Assembly: GCA_964016885.1 (NCBI GenBank)
Contig: OZ024743.1
Location: 191,022,001 to 191,086,000, forward strand
Source of the DNA: Eledone cirrhosa
Lineage: Eukaryota
Direction: 5' to 3'
Length of the DNA: 64,000 nt
Below the pieces are notes generated by a model. The model saw only the letters and a list, made by a program, of their open reading frames with translations. It had not been told where the DNA came from and did not search any database. A program made the translations under genes and the position numbers. How positions within the stretch are numbered: the first letter of the stretch is position 1; every line of letters starts with the position of its first letter. Positions 11,359-25,168 of this stretch are shown in pieces.

Positions 11359-14300
11359 ATGACCTCACTCAGAATAGGCAGCATAAATGCGCGTGGCTTG
11401 GGGTCGTCATGGAAGCAGGGCCACCTGCTCAACGACCTCAGGTCACTAAACATAGATGTAGTGGCCATCAGCGAGACCAGAATCTCCGAAGCACAGGCTT
11501 TCGCACCGATCTTCGGCGGCTACGATGTGTACGCATCTCCCATCCGTCCGGGATCGGGGGGTGGAGTTGCTGTGCTTTTTCGGAGAGGTTTGGATCTTGC
11601 GATACGGGCCAGCTTCCTGGACCCAGAAGGTAAGTTGGTGGTGCTGGACGTGACCAGCGGAGACGGGCAAGCTTTCAGGTTAGTGGCCGTCTATGCCCCG
11701 ACAGGAGCAGGGCGGCCTGATTTCTTCCGGCGTCTGGAGACCTTTCTTGGAACGTCCCGCTCTTTAGTGTTAGTGGGCGACTGGAACGGGATCTTAGATG
11801 CACGCTGGGATAGTGTGGGATTAGTGGATAGGGAAGGAGGGTGCAAGAATCTCACCAACCTGCTCAGATGTTTTGAACTGTCTGACAGGTACCGAATGGA
11901 TTTCCCGAATGTACCAATGTGGACTTGGACAAATCGCATAGGGTCATCCAGATCATATCTAGATAGAGTATTTTGTAGGGAAATAGATAGGTCTAGCATA
12001 GGCTGTCCACAATTTAAGATAGTCAGCTACACGGACCACAAATTCGTGATCTGTGTGCTTGACTTAGATAGGCTTCATAGACGAGGACCCGGCTACTGGA
12101 AGCTAAACGCGTCCTTACCAGCGCGCAAGGCCGACAGAGACGGATTAGCGAACTAGTTAAGCGGGCGTTGACGGGGGCCATCGTCAACAACAAGTGGTGG
12201 TTTGCTCTGAAAAGAGCAATTAGAATAGAGTCCATTAGGTTTAGTAAGACTTTAGCAATAGAGAAAAATAGAGCAGAGGGAGAATTACTTAGCAAAGGCA
12301 TCGCGACCGACGTACTTTCGGCGAAATTGGCCCTTGACCAATTCTTCAATGCAAAGCACGAAGGCTGCGTTGTCAGAGCTAGGGTGCGTGCTCTCAGACA
12401 CGAGGGGACGAAAGCCGTTCAATGGGCCCGAGTGGCAGAGGCGCGTCGTAGCAACAAAGCCACGATCCGGTCTTTGGTGGACCACGACGGGCGCATGCTA
12501 CTCGATCCCGGGCAAATGTGTGAAGCTTTTCAGCGACACTTCGCTCAACTGTTCTGGGGCAGTAGCGGGCCGGATCGAGGGATGGACTTTAGTGTCTACC
12601 TCGACGGACTGCCGCGGCTTTCGGCCACTGAGGCGGAGTGTTGCGAAAAGCCGATAACAACCGCTGAAGTACGGGATGCAATGACTAGTTGCATAAGGGG
12701 TAAATCGCCTGGTTTGGATGGTCTTCCCTATGAACTTTACGTACAAATGACAAACTTGTTCGGAGGCCTCTTGGCGGACGTCTACTGCAACTGGCAACAG
12801 AACGGGAGAATTCCCAGCTCTGTGAGCCGAGGAGCGGTGGCGCTGCTGAGAAAGGATCCGAACAAGGGGGATAACATAGATAATTTTAGGGCGGCTGGCT
12901 TTGGGCCCGTCTTCAGAGGCTGGATCGCTGCCATGCACAGCGACATCTGCTCTGTAGTGAGAGTGAACGGTCACCTTTCGGAACCGTTCAACATCATGCG
13001 CTCGGTCCGCCAAGGATGTCCCCTCTCGTCCCTATTGTACGTATTGACTCTCGAGCCATTACTGCACAAACTGGAGACGTTGAGGGGGGTCCCGCGCGAA
13101 CTAGGATGCGGAAGATCCGTGTCAGCATATGCCGACGATGTCACCGTAGTGGTGTCGAACGCCAAATACATCGAGGCGATCGGCACTACACTAGGAGAAT
13201 ACGAAGCGGTGACAGGAGCAATGATCAACCAGGAAAAGTCAGTGGGCCTGCAGCTCGGCATCTGGAGAGGCAGGTCCATGCCGTCCAACAGCGTTGTCGG
13301 GCGCTGGACGGACGGACCGGTTAAATTGCTAGGGGTCTGGTTCGGTCCAGACCTCCAGACGGACAAAAACTGGGACGAGGTGACGAGCAGGGTGGCTTCG
13401 CTCACCCAGAAATGGGCCGAGAGGAAGCTATCCCTGAAAGGTCGAGCGGAGGTGGCGAATGCGTACATCGCATCCGTCATCTACTACCGCCTGACCGTCG
13501 TACCTTGTCCTAAGCCCCGCCTGGCTGCGCTGGAGCGTTTGCTCTTTCGCTTCTTGTGGAAGGGACGCGCTCTGATGGTCAGGCGGTCCATCTGCTGTCA
13601 ACACCTGCTACGTGGAGGGCTGGGCATGCCGTGGCTGATGATGCGCAGACACGCGCTCAGGTTACGACATCTCCACCTCTTCCTCGACGGTGATCAGGTG
13701 TGGTCGCCGTTTGCTAGACACGTTTTTCCCAAGCTCGTCTCCTTGACGGAGCTGCAGTCCTGGGTCAAGCGAAGACCGAGAGGGAGCGCTTGGAGACTGG
13801 AATGTCTTCAGGCGCTCACAGCCCTCGACCAATCGGGCAATGTGATCGGTGGAAACTCCACCTTGGCGTTCTATAGGGGATTAGTGGAGGGGAAGTGCGA
13901 CGACGTACTTGGAGAAACTCTAGGCGTCGACGAAAATCAACTATCCAATCTCTTCGGAAGGACTTTCGGACCGGGGCCTATGGACAACTTCCAGAAATCC
14001 CTGGCCTGGCAGTGCTACCGGGGTGCTTTGCCAGTTCGGGATAAACTTTACAGGCATGGAGGTGCCGTCAGCGAGGCATGTCCAAGATGCGCACAGGGCG
14101 ACGAAACCGTCCTGCACGCACTCGTCCAGTGTCCGAGCATTGCTGACTTGTGGGTTTATGTCGAACACCTGCTGTCACGTGTAGGACGGATCCAGCTATC
14201 AGCTGAGTCCGTCGTGAGGATTTCCCTGCCCTCTTCCTTTAGCCGGGAAGGGCAGGCAGTTTTTATCTGTCTGGTGGCCATGGCGAAAGAGATAGTATGG

Positions 14301-14495
14301 TGGACACGTTTGAAAGGGCTGAAGACGAGCACTTACCTCTTCGGTGATACCCTGATTAACTTTTTCAAATTTCATTTGAAAAGGAAAATCAGGGTAGAGA
14401 GGGAAGTGCTCTCTTCCCAGCATTTTGTTGAAAGATGGGTGAGAGAAGCAAGTATGGCCCGAATGAATGGGCCTTCTCTGAGTATGTGTCTGTAA
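11359..14495 (+). pseudogene. Tx1 element 1 ORF2: APE endonuclease, RT (internal in-frame deletion) and C-terminal Cys/His finger
   Basis: SINARGL, SET, VYAP, GDWN, SYLDR, YTDH (APE); SPGLDG, VRQGCPLS, YADD; CPRC...ETVLHALVQC. Frameshift at about 12130-12160. Confidence 0.92.
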
Positions 14496-14737
14496 ATTAA
14501 AGGTGGAAAACTGTGAGGGCACTTGCCCTGGTGGTCAGGGCCACTGTGGTCTTTTAATGGGCTTTCTCCACAAATGTCCCTCGGAAGTCTCCCCCCTATT
14601 GTGGAATTTTTCTTTGTTATTTTATTTCATCCTCTGTTTTTTTTACACGCAGAAATGCCCATTTGTACCGTCCTGTATTGTCCTGTACTGTCCTTAATGT
14701 CTACTTTATGTAAACCCTTGTGGTTAATAAAGAAAAC

Positions 14738-14892
<155 letters not shown>

Positions 14893-17198
14893 TAATATAT
14901 TTATACAAATACTTGCGTATGCACATTTACATAAACAAATCTATAGACATTGAAATATTGCTGTACATATAAATAATTCAAACACAGCTAAAATTTCTAG
15001 AGTTATTAGAATATTATGAAAAACAATATTTCTGCACTCATAGGGCAGAGAGAGAATATTGCTCTGACTCTGTTACGGAACAAAGAAAGGAAGGAATACC
15101 AAGATAAAAAAATTTAAATTTAAATTTTTAACATAAAGAAACCAAAACAGCGCAACCAAATACAGATCAAAATCGAATTTCCATGAAAATTAATCAAAAT
15201 TTGCAAATCTACTAAGCTGGTTGTTCAAAAAAAGGAAATATTTTAAAACATCAGGAATTAAAAGAAAATAATTGCGCGTGTGTTAATCATAGGTTGCATT
15301 GAAAAAGAAAACATGTTATATTGATGTACAATGAAACTGTATAGAAAAATATATGAAGATTAAAGGAATACATGCATATATCATATAATAAGCTGTAGTG
15401 ATATATATGTAGTTAAAGATTTCACTTCGCAAACCCTGATTCTTGGATAAGTCCTACTGTGTAGCACCTTGTGGAGTTGTTTTCTACCTTAGTGTCAGTT
15501 TGTGAGTGTGTCCGTGCCTGATTTACGTTTCCTGTTTGTTTATATCCTTCAACTTAGCGGCTCGACCAAACAAGCAAGACAAAATAAGTAACATTCTTGA
15601 TCATTTAAGTACTGTGAACGATATGATCATTTACAGTATCTTTTCATAATGGTATCGCAGCATGACCACGTGCAATTGACGACAATAAACGACAATGCAG
15701 AGGACAGGAGGACAAGCAAATATTGGGGCTTGTCTGACCGCTTGCTCTTCATACTGGTCGCCATCGAGACATTAGGCGTCCACAGACACCGTACTGCCGT
15801 GTGCCGCCCCGAGGAAGGAGCCCGGTGAGGTGGGGTGGCTGTTGTACTGGCTACTGTCCGCGGAAGTGCCTTTTCAGTTTTGTCCGCGGGGCGGATTCGA
15901 AACACCTTAGGCTCAGAGACTGTCACCCTCTCCTCTTCCTTCATTTTCATCCGTGGCCTAATATTCCTTGCTTTTGCCTCCTTTTCCTCTCATTTATGGC
16001 ATTTATCGTCATTTCCTCTATTTTCCTATAGAACCAGATCTTACCCCATCCCTTTTTTTTTGTTATTTAATTTTGTTTTTATCTTCTTTTTTCATATTTC
16101 CACCATTGAATAACTTCTTTTTGCAAAACATATTTCACATGATATATTCATGTTTAACAGATAACAAAATAACATTTTTATATTTTAAGATTATTGAAAA
16201 TAAATGTAAGCTTGCACATATTAATAATATGAATCTCATGAGAAAGCACTTCCAACAGTTATAGTAAATAAAAATCCTCTATTTCTAAGCCCTCATGTAA
16301 GATCAAACTAAAATGGCTTCAGGTTCGAAATATCAAATCCTTCTTATATCCTTGTTCACAGATGATTCATCTGAAGGATTAAAAAAACAACCTAAAAGCA
16401 ATATTGTTCTTTGTCGATTTCAAGAAACCTTCACCAGTATTTTCAGTGGTATAATAACGAACTTTGAACTTATGGATTACCAAAGGAACATATGAACGTA
16501 ATCACGTTACACTATAAAAATATAAAGAGGAGGTTTTGCACCTAAAATGTAATATATCCTTTCGATAATCTTGCAAACGTGTTGTAGTGTTTTATTTTAG
16601 TCTCTACCTCTTCACAATTGTAATTGACTATACAATGGAATATTTAATTGCTGAACTATCGGGAGAACGTGTCTTCTGACCAAAACTCAAGACGAGCAAA
16701 CTCTTACCAAAAATAATAAAGTTTGACTTAATATATGCTGATTATATTCCTTACTCCCAGAAAAGATGTTCCAAGTGCGAGAACTGCTAAAAAGGATAGA
16801 AAGGGACGCCTAGAAATGTAGCCTATTCCTCATCACTAACACAAGAGATTTTATGAATACAAATCATACAGACCCGAAGGACATACACCGAACATCTGGA
16901 GAGCAAATTGGTGTACTAGAATATTTCAAATATCTTGAAGCTTGGAGAGGGAGATCAGAAAAAGACCACCAACAAAAGATGGACACTCGAGCTGAAAGTC
17001 TGTCATGAATTATCAAAGATCATGAAGACACTTTCAGGGAACATGATTTAGATCAGACTCTTAGCAACGTTTGATATATGGTTATGGTTATGCGATCAGC
17101 CATTCACACAGAAGCTTGAAAATCATATAGATTGAATGAACTCACGCATGTTACGTATCGTGCTCAACAGCACCTGCAGGGTGATATTATCAATATAG

Positions 17199-17404
17199 AT
17201 TGGCAGTATAGGTAGAGGGTCAGACGCCATGCTTTGCAGCATATAGTCACGGCCCTTTATGATCTGAGTTCAAATCCCGCTGAGGTCAACTTTGCCTGTC
17301 ATCCTTACGGGTTCGATAAAATAAAGTACAAGCCACGAACTAGGGTCGATTTAATCGACTTTCCCTCCCCCAAAATTGTTGGCCTTGTGTCTATATAAGA
17401 AACC
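17199..17404 (+). mobile_element. tRNA-type SINE (octopus-like family)
   Basis: A-box-like tggcagtata, B-box-like gagttcaaatcc, central gcc.tcatccttacggg.tcgataaaataaagtac; TSD attatcaatatag. Confidence 0.85.
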
Positions 17405-17442
17405 ATTATCAATATAGTATTATATTGCGGTGGATTATTATA

Positions 17443-17615
17443 GGGCGGTGGATTGGCAGTATCGGTAGAGGGTCGGACGCCATGCTTTCCAGCATAGTTA
17501 CGTCCCTTTACGATCTGAGTTCAAATCCCGCCGAGGTTGACTTTGCCTTTCATCCTTACGGGGTCGATAAAATAAAGTACTGGTAATTGCTGGCCTTGTG
17601 CCTAAAGTAGAAACA
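17443..17615 (+). mobile_element. tRNA-type SINE, same family
   Basis: ggcggtggattggcagtatcggtagag...gagttcaaatcccgccgagg...tgctggccttgtgcctaaagtagaaac; followed by attatcaatatag. Confidence 0.88.
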
Positions 17616-17828
17616 ATTATCAATATAGTATTTGTGCTGATCTGCAAATATAAAACATTATACCTATGTTAAGATTGTGATTGCCATATCACATTTTGAG
17701 ACATCCTGAAGAAATATTCCCAAAGTTGTGCAATTGAAGCAAGCACATGCGTGGATTAAGTGTAAGAAATCTAACCTTATGGCTTATTCTAAAAAACGCG
17801 AAATATAAGACATGTATTATGAGGATGT

Positions 17829-18053
17829 ATGAGGGTGGGGGATTCGCAGTATCGGTAGAGTGTCGGACTACATGCTTTGCAACATATAGTTACGGTTCTT
17901 TACGTTCTGAGTTCAAAGGCCCGTCGAGGTTAGCTTTGCCATTCATCCTTAAGGGTGTTAATAAAGTAAAGAACCAGTTACACACTGTGGTTGAATTGAT
18001 CGACTTTTACCTTGCCCTTGAAAATTCTGGTCTTGTGCCAAATGTAGAAAGAA
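17829..18053 (+). mobile_element. tRNA-type SINE, older copy
   Basis: Same head, core and tail; TSD attatgaggatgt at about 17816-17828 and 18054-18066. Confidence 0.82.
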
Positions 18054-18358
18054 TTATGAGGATGTGTCCCTTGTTCGATGAGAAATTCGGCTGAAGTGAG
18101 ATGAGACATACATACACTGGATACTCTTAATATGTAGTCTAAGTAGACGAGTCGTACAAACAAATAACAAATTCAAAATATCTTAAAATTGAGTATAATT
18201 AGTTGTTCTAATATAATCCCTACGACGATAAGAAAGAGTCTATCTCGCGATTTACCTCGGGCAACAGTATCAATACTAACAAGCTTACGTAAAACACATA
18301 AATTCAAATACTCATGCACACACACACACACTCACATATATATGTATATACACACACC

Positions 18359-18444
<86 letters not shown>

Positions 18445-20878
18445 GCTCTACATGAATATAATAAATGAAATCTGAGTTTTTCGAATATTAATAATAATAT
18501 TCTATTTATTTGCACTTATGCAAACAAGCATCATCTTTAAACCCATGTTAGTAGAATGAGCCCCTCATTCTTGCTCTTGTGTTGGCATGTAAACAGAACT
18601 GCAGACACTAATGTTTCTGGGAACTACCCTTCAACAGTACAGTTCACCGTTCGCCTGCCAACTGTCAAAGCTAGTGAAAATATATATTTTCTAAAATATA
18701 CAGTGACTGATCGGCCTGATTTGCATATTAGCAGACTGACTGATCAGTCAGATCTGCATATTAGCAGATCCACTGATCAGCCAGATGGGCCGGTCTGTTT
18801 CCTATATACGTGCGATCAATGGCCGGCTGGCTTTGCCATATTCAAATAAAAAAAATGCGAATTTTCTTTCTAAATTTTCTCCGTGTCCAGCCCTTTAGAG
18901 TATCAGTCATATAGGAACTATTTTTCCCATTGCTCAATTTCTGCAGTTGTTTGTTTCTATTTTCTCAATTATCTGCAGAATTACAAGCAGTGGTGTTACT
19001 GTAGAAGTGTTATGAGGGTTTTGCAACTTCATGTAACAATGCGAATTTCGTATAGGACTAGAGTAATGGAGTGAGAGTAGGAAATCCAAAAAATAAGAGC
19101 TCTAAGTCATTGCAACAATCCTGTTGTCTTCCTCTTGCACTGGACTACCCTGCTCTCTGTCTTTGGTAAATGTTCTGCAGTGACAACCTTAATAGTATTC
19201 AGAACTTAGGTATTGAGTGTTTATAAATGGAGCAACCTGGTTTCGGTGGTAAAATGATGTACAGTAAACGATACACAACATCATCTAACTGCCACATTTG
19301 GTCATTATCCTTGACTGTATCTGTTTTTACTTTCTTTACAGTCGACCCATTGTCCATTTCGCTCTTCTTAGTCCCCTCAATTATTTTTTGAGTATCCTAA
19401 TTTCTTTATAATTTGTCACTATTTGTGTTTCCACTTATTTACTGTGCCTATCTGTTTTTGTTTTTTTTTTGTAATTAACTTCATTCACCATTATACCATT
19501 CGGATTATCTTTCTTATTCACTTAACACTACCAATCATTTCCAAATATCTGCGTTACTATATCAGCCTCCACCACTTCCTTTTTGTGCTTCTCTACCTGA
19601 AACCCCCACATTTGTTTTAAATACTAACTCCCACCTCTTTGCTTGCCTTGTAGCTTCCAATTCCTCTCTTCGTCCATATTACACGGCCTAACGCACAATT
19701 AGGTGCAATGGTTCATGTTTTCTCTATCTTTCATTCTCTTTCTTCCCTCTTCTCCTATTTTTTTGCCACAATCCTGATTCTTGTCGCATCCAATGAAACA
19801 ATGACAACCCATTTAGACTTAAAAATTCTGCCAGTGTATGTGAATTATTTTGTTTATTTCTTTTCTGCATACTCTAATTTGGTATATGAAGGACTCTTGT
19901 GATGGTTCATTAAGTTTCTATATATTCTATTATTGACTAGAAATACATCACTCCAAGTACGGCTCATCAATTTATTCAGTATAATGCGAACCACTACATC
20001 TGATGTTTACAGGCTGTGAACCAAAGAAAGTTTTTGTGTTTTCACTCAGTCTTTCAGGCTGGAATATTAATTAGGAATTACATCCTATCGTTGCAAATTG
20101 TGAAACCATTCAAGCGATTTTTAATATAATTTCAATTATTTTAAAAGAAATCGGATGATTATATTATGAATATCCAAGGTCATATAATGAAGATATGGTA
20201 TGTACATTGACATTTAACTTTGAGTCTATAATTATTAATATAATTACTCACGATTAAAGTATTTGCCCCCACCTTGATTAACTTTACAGTGATTTATCCT
20301 GATAGCCGCCACGTAAGATTACATTCTTCCCATTCTAATTATACGCCTTTCAAATGTCTTTATTTTATTTTATTTATTACTGTTTACTGTTACTTCACAC
20401 GGTAATACTTACGTAATATCCCCTTTACATGTTTATAGCATATAAGTTATTTCCTCTTTAACGACACCCTCTTAATGATTTTAATTTTACTTACTAACGC
20501 ATACTACCATTTTGACATGGTATTATGTAGGTTATCCTCCTGTAATTACTCACCTTGTAGTATTTTAATTTCTACGCAACATAATTTTACGAACTAAACA
20601 TTGCATTTGAAATTGTAAATTGTTTCCGGTATCAATTTTCAAACTGACTCATGTTTTATGTGCAACTCACATGCACATAGCTTGTGTCGGTAAATGAAAC
20701 GGTCACGTTGCTACGAATTTCATTCGAATAACTTTATTTTCGCTATTGTTCCGTCTCATAAAACGGACTTGATCTTGAAATCACCGAACAATGATGGCAA
20801 TGCTTTCAACCGAATAAATTTAATAATTATAATAATCATACTATATTTACTGATTTTAATCAATGCAATACATATAAT

Positions 20879-21061
20879 TGTTTCCACTTTAGGCACAAGG
20901 CCAGCAATTATCCAGTACATTACTGGTACTTTATTTTATCGACCCCGTAAGGATGAAAGGCAAAGTTAACCTTGGCGGGATTTGAACTCAGACCGTAAAG
21001 GGACGTAACTATGCTAGAAAGCATGGCGTCCAACCCTCTACCGATACTGCCAATTCACGAC
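20879..21061 (-). mobile_element. tRNA-type SINE
   Basis: Reverse complement of the same family; 18-bp TSD caatgcaatacatataat at 20861-20878 and 21062-21079. Confidence 0.9.
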
Positions 21062-22899
21062 CAATGCAATACATATAATGAATGCCAACATATCTTCGCA
21101 AATTTGAAATCCCGGTTTTGATCCCACATCTGGTTTCCTTAGGCAAGTTTATTTTACCATAGCCTTCTGTAAACCAAACATTTGTTAGAAAATTTGGTTA
21201 TAAGGATACCAAGTAGAAGACTTTCGGATGAAATTCTATATTTGGGGAAGACTCAACCAGTTACACATAAATTCGATTCGTAGGTAGTTCAGTTGATTGA
21301 CAATTGAGGGCTTCATAAAACTGTCACAATCATATGATTGGTGACCAAAATAATTATTGTACAAATTATATATTCAATGAAATAATGAGGAGGCTGCAGA
21401 TGTACTTTTGATTTGTACCTGTGGTAATTGAAAAACATGGATATGTTGCTCACTGCCTCGGAGCAAATCATGAAAAGGTGGGCTTCATAGAACGAGAACG
21501 AGTAAAGATAATTAGTAAATTATAATTACAATCAATTATTGGAACTGTAAAAAACTTTCTAGAAGTTTAGTATATAATACCTGCATATGCACACGTAGGA
21601 ATATACTTTTATGTGGACATATATTTTAACATATACATAATAATCTATTTGGTGCTGTCTAAATTCCAATGAACCAATCTTATTTCTGCGTTAGAAACCG
21701 CTTTTCACTCTAATGGTGAGGAATATGAAAAGTAAATGTAACCAGAATAATACCGAAGAAGAAAGACACGGACAGGATGGGAAATGCAATAACAAAAACA
21801 TAAACATAAATTAATAGATAAGTAAATCGTTTGTCAGGCACTCAGTCGCACAGACATTTAGTAAGTTAAATAGATAAATACACACATGTATACTTGTATA
21901 TGTACGTACATTGACAGATAGACACGTGTTGATATAAGTTAAGGTTACAATGCAATGTATTTGCTTGTTATATTTCGTAAAGTTCTTGAAACATTCAAAA
22001 CACTTTAATCACTATTTTGGCAAATACTTCTATAAATATTTATTCTGATCTTTGTCAAAACATACATAAATTTTCAGACGTCACTCTTCTCTGGACATCT
22101 TCAAGTGACATATTCTCTACTGTTTGCTGATTCTAAATAAATGACCGGATTAGTGAATACCTTCAATGTTGGAGATAAACATATTTATTTATTTATCAGG
22201 GATTTGCAATTTTCTTACTTTTCTATTGTAACTTTTATTTCATCGGTGATGTTTTATAACAGTTGGGCGGATGCATCGACAATGTATATTTACTGACAGT
22301 AAATTGCTGTTACCTTTCTAATCATATTCTTACATTTAAATAACATCACAATTCTTGAGTTTTTATAATATTTGACTAATGATCTACACTATAAACAACT
22401 GTCTAATTAAGTCGGATCAAGTATTACATTTATAATGGTCAACTCTGCTTATTTTCGAGTTATCATATCTCTCAGTCTTAACTGAAAATATCGCTTAAAA
22501 CTTGTCATTACTTGCATATATGTAAAAAGGAATTTTCTTCATTTTGACGGCTTCTTGAAATCACATTTTAAAGACAAATTGGCTCTTGATACAATTTTTC
22601 GAAAGTTCAATATATATACCAATACATTTACTTATTGGTAAGACAGCGAGAACTTAATTAGTTTTCACAAATTACAATGACAAAGACAGGGAACAGAAGG
22701 AATTAACAGTAAACTGAGGATAGATTAACCGTTAAGGAATTTGTATCTATCGAGTAGTGGCTGCCGATATCTCTTTGTGAGATATATAGTATTGAGGGCG
22801 TGTTTCCTCATTAATACATTGTAGCAAATAAAAATATCTGACATAGATGAGGAGTTCGGCGGATTTCAGTTACCTTCATAAAGTCTTCATGTTGTCAAC

Positions 22900-23750
22900 A
22901 ACCACCAGACCAACATAGATACGTAGCTTGTTTACATTCTATCAAAACAACATCTATACGCTATTCAAAGCTCCCAATCAACACAAAAAGCTTCCCTGCC
23001 CAACCTGTTAAACCCAGACCTGTGCTGCTGCAGTTTACGTTATAACATCTGGGGTGTTCCCCACAAGAATGAGAAGCGTTTAGCAAGTAGTGAAACTCGG
23101 TTAAAATTACCATGCAAACCCCACGAAATAACCTTCTCTGCATCGTACAGGCCTTAAAATCTCCCGTCACCATATCTGCAGTTTAGCTGACTGGTCCCAT
23201 GTCAAAAGTATCTCCAGCAGCATTACACAAGCCTCTTTTACTACCTCTCAAATCTTCATTCACATTCATAATGGGTCGGGCCGGTGAGAGCCAATTCCGT
23301 GGAGGAAGTATGCAAATTCACTGATCAAATTGCATTCAAATCCACATTGTAAACATTTAGTAAATATAGACCAAATGTCGCTCCTTCCACACTAAAGGAA
23401 TCATTTCCTTGCATATATACACACATTTGAAAGTACCTCCAATCACTTCAAATCAAGCGCTCTCCGACCCTAACAATTACCCTTCCATCACGCTCAAGAA
23501 ATATGTTCCACTGAAAGCTCATATAAACATAACGTTGTTAAACTTTACTCCGTTGTTAATCTTTATGCACTGCTCTTTATAAACATCCTACTGTGTGTCC
23601 CATTCCAGGAACGGCAAGCTTTTGACCATGCCAATTATCTTTCTATCACACTCTATTCCAACATCTCAAAGATAATAGCAATCCCGATTAAGAATGGCAT
23701 CTTGCAATGCCTGGGATAAGTATTTGCAATGTCCATCAAGCCAGCTCTAC
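22900..23750 (+). pseudogene. Possible very old CR1/Jockey-like LINE relic
   Basis: SDPNNYPSITL (about 23463) and DHANYLSITLYSNISKI (about 23623) resemble the NYRPISL motif; ADW at about 23188. Heavily mutated. Confidence 0.35.
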
Positions 23751-24249
23751 TGGAAATTTACTACACTTTATTACGTAGATGTGACTACTTCCCCTTGAGA
23801 AATTCTGTGAAAGTAATGTTTTGCCCTCAACATAAGTAAAACATTCAACCTTATCTGGCACATCTCCGAAAACTTCCTGTCTTCGAACTTTATCTGTACT
23901 GATATGTTTTCACTTATGTAATTTTTGAAAATGTTATTTATTCATTATACAAATTAAACGATAGCATTCTATATGTGGTTGAGCCCACTTTCTCTCCTGG
24001 CAACCAATATTTTTAGACCCAGTCCGCCACTGAGGATATATATGCCCTTTATTGTTCCCTGTTTTGAAGTTTACACTTATTTAGATTAATGTTATTATGC
24101 ACGAGTTATTATGCATGAGATATTACAATGGAATGGTATTGAAATAGCGAATGATTGACACCCTTATGTGTTATTTAATATTCAAATATAAAAAGAATAT
24201 ATATGTGCACGTACTCCATGGTTTTCAGTGACCAGCAGATTACTGTACT

Positions 24250-24585
<336 letters not shown>

Positions 24586-24699
24586 CTGTACATGGGCATG
24601 TAGGCAGGCGTCTGTGTATGCGTATGTCTATAGTTTTGTGTATAGTTAAGTGTGTGTGTATAGCGGAAGTCTATGCGTACGGATGTTGTTATCTATGTG

Positions 24700-24773
<74 letters not shown>

Positions 24774-25109
24774 CACGTGGACGTGTGAACTACCAAATCC
24801 AGTAGTAATTCATCGAAGTGTGGCAGAAAGAGACAGCTGATGGTCAGTAGAATTGACATCTGTTGGTCAGATTTTCGATGACATAGAAAAGCAGCAGCCA
24901 ATAACAGGACGTGCAAAGAGGATGTTTTTGACGCTAATACCCCAGTGAAAGAATTTTCTCCGAAAACATTCGACGTGTCCGTCGAACATGCAGATCCAGA
25001 ATCAGACAGATCCAACGAAATTTAGAATACAAAAATACCCTCACTTTTGTCAAAAGTTACATCAATGCTGCAAATTTGGTGCTTTTTGGTCCAGTTGTTT
25101 GGCGAAAAT

Positions 25110-25168
<59 letters not shown>

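Larger units (their letters stand above)
9114..14737 (+). mobile_element. Tx1/L1-clade non-LTR retrotransposon, element 1 (full span, degraded), inserted in (ATT)n
   Basis: 5' UTR; fragmented ORF1 from ATG 9322 with CVVCGEGTHLRAFC knuckle (about 10387-10428); ORF2 11359-14495; 3' UTR with AATAAA immediately before (ATT)n at 14738. Confidence 0.9.
16305..17820 (+). pseudogene. Highly decayed RTE/RTEX-like LINE RT region, interrupted by SINEs
   Basis: Residual motifs in shifting frames: NGFR (about 16312), FFVDFKK (about 16407), YLFTIVIDYTM (about 16605), DLIYADY (about 16726), FKYL (about 16925), RHPEE (about 17700). Confidence 0.6.
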
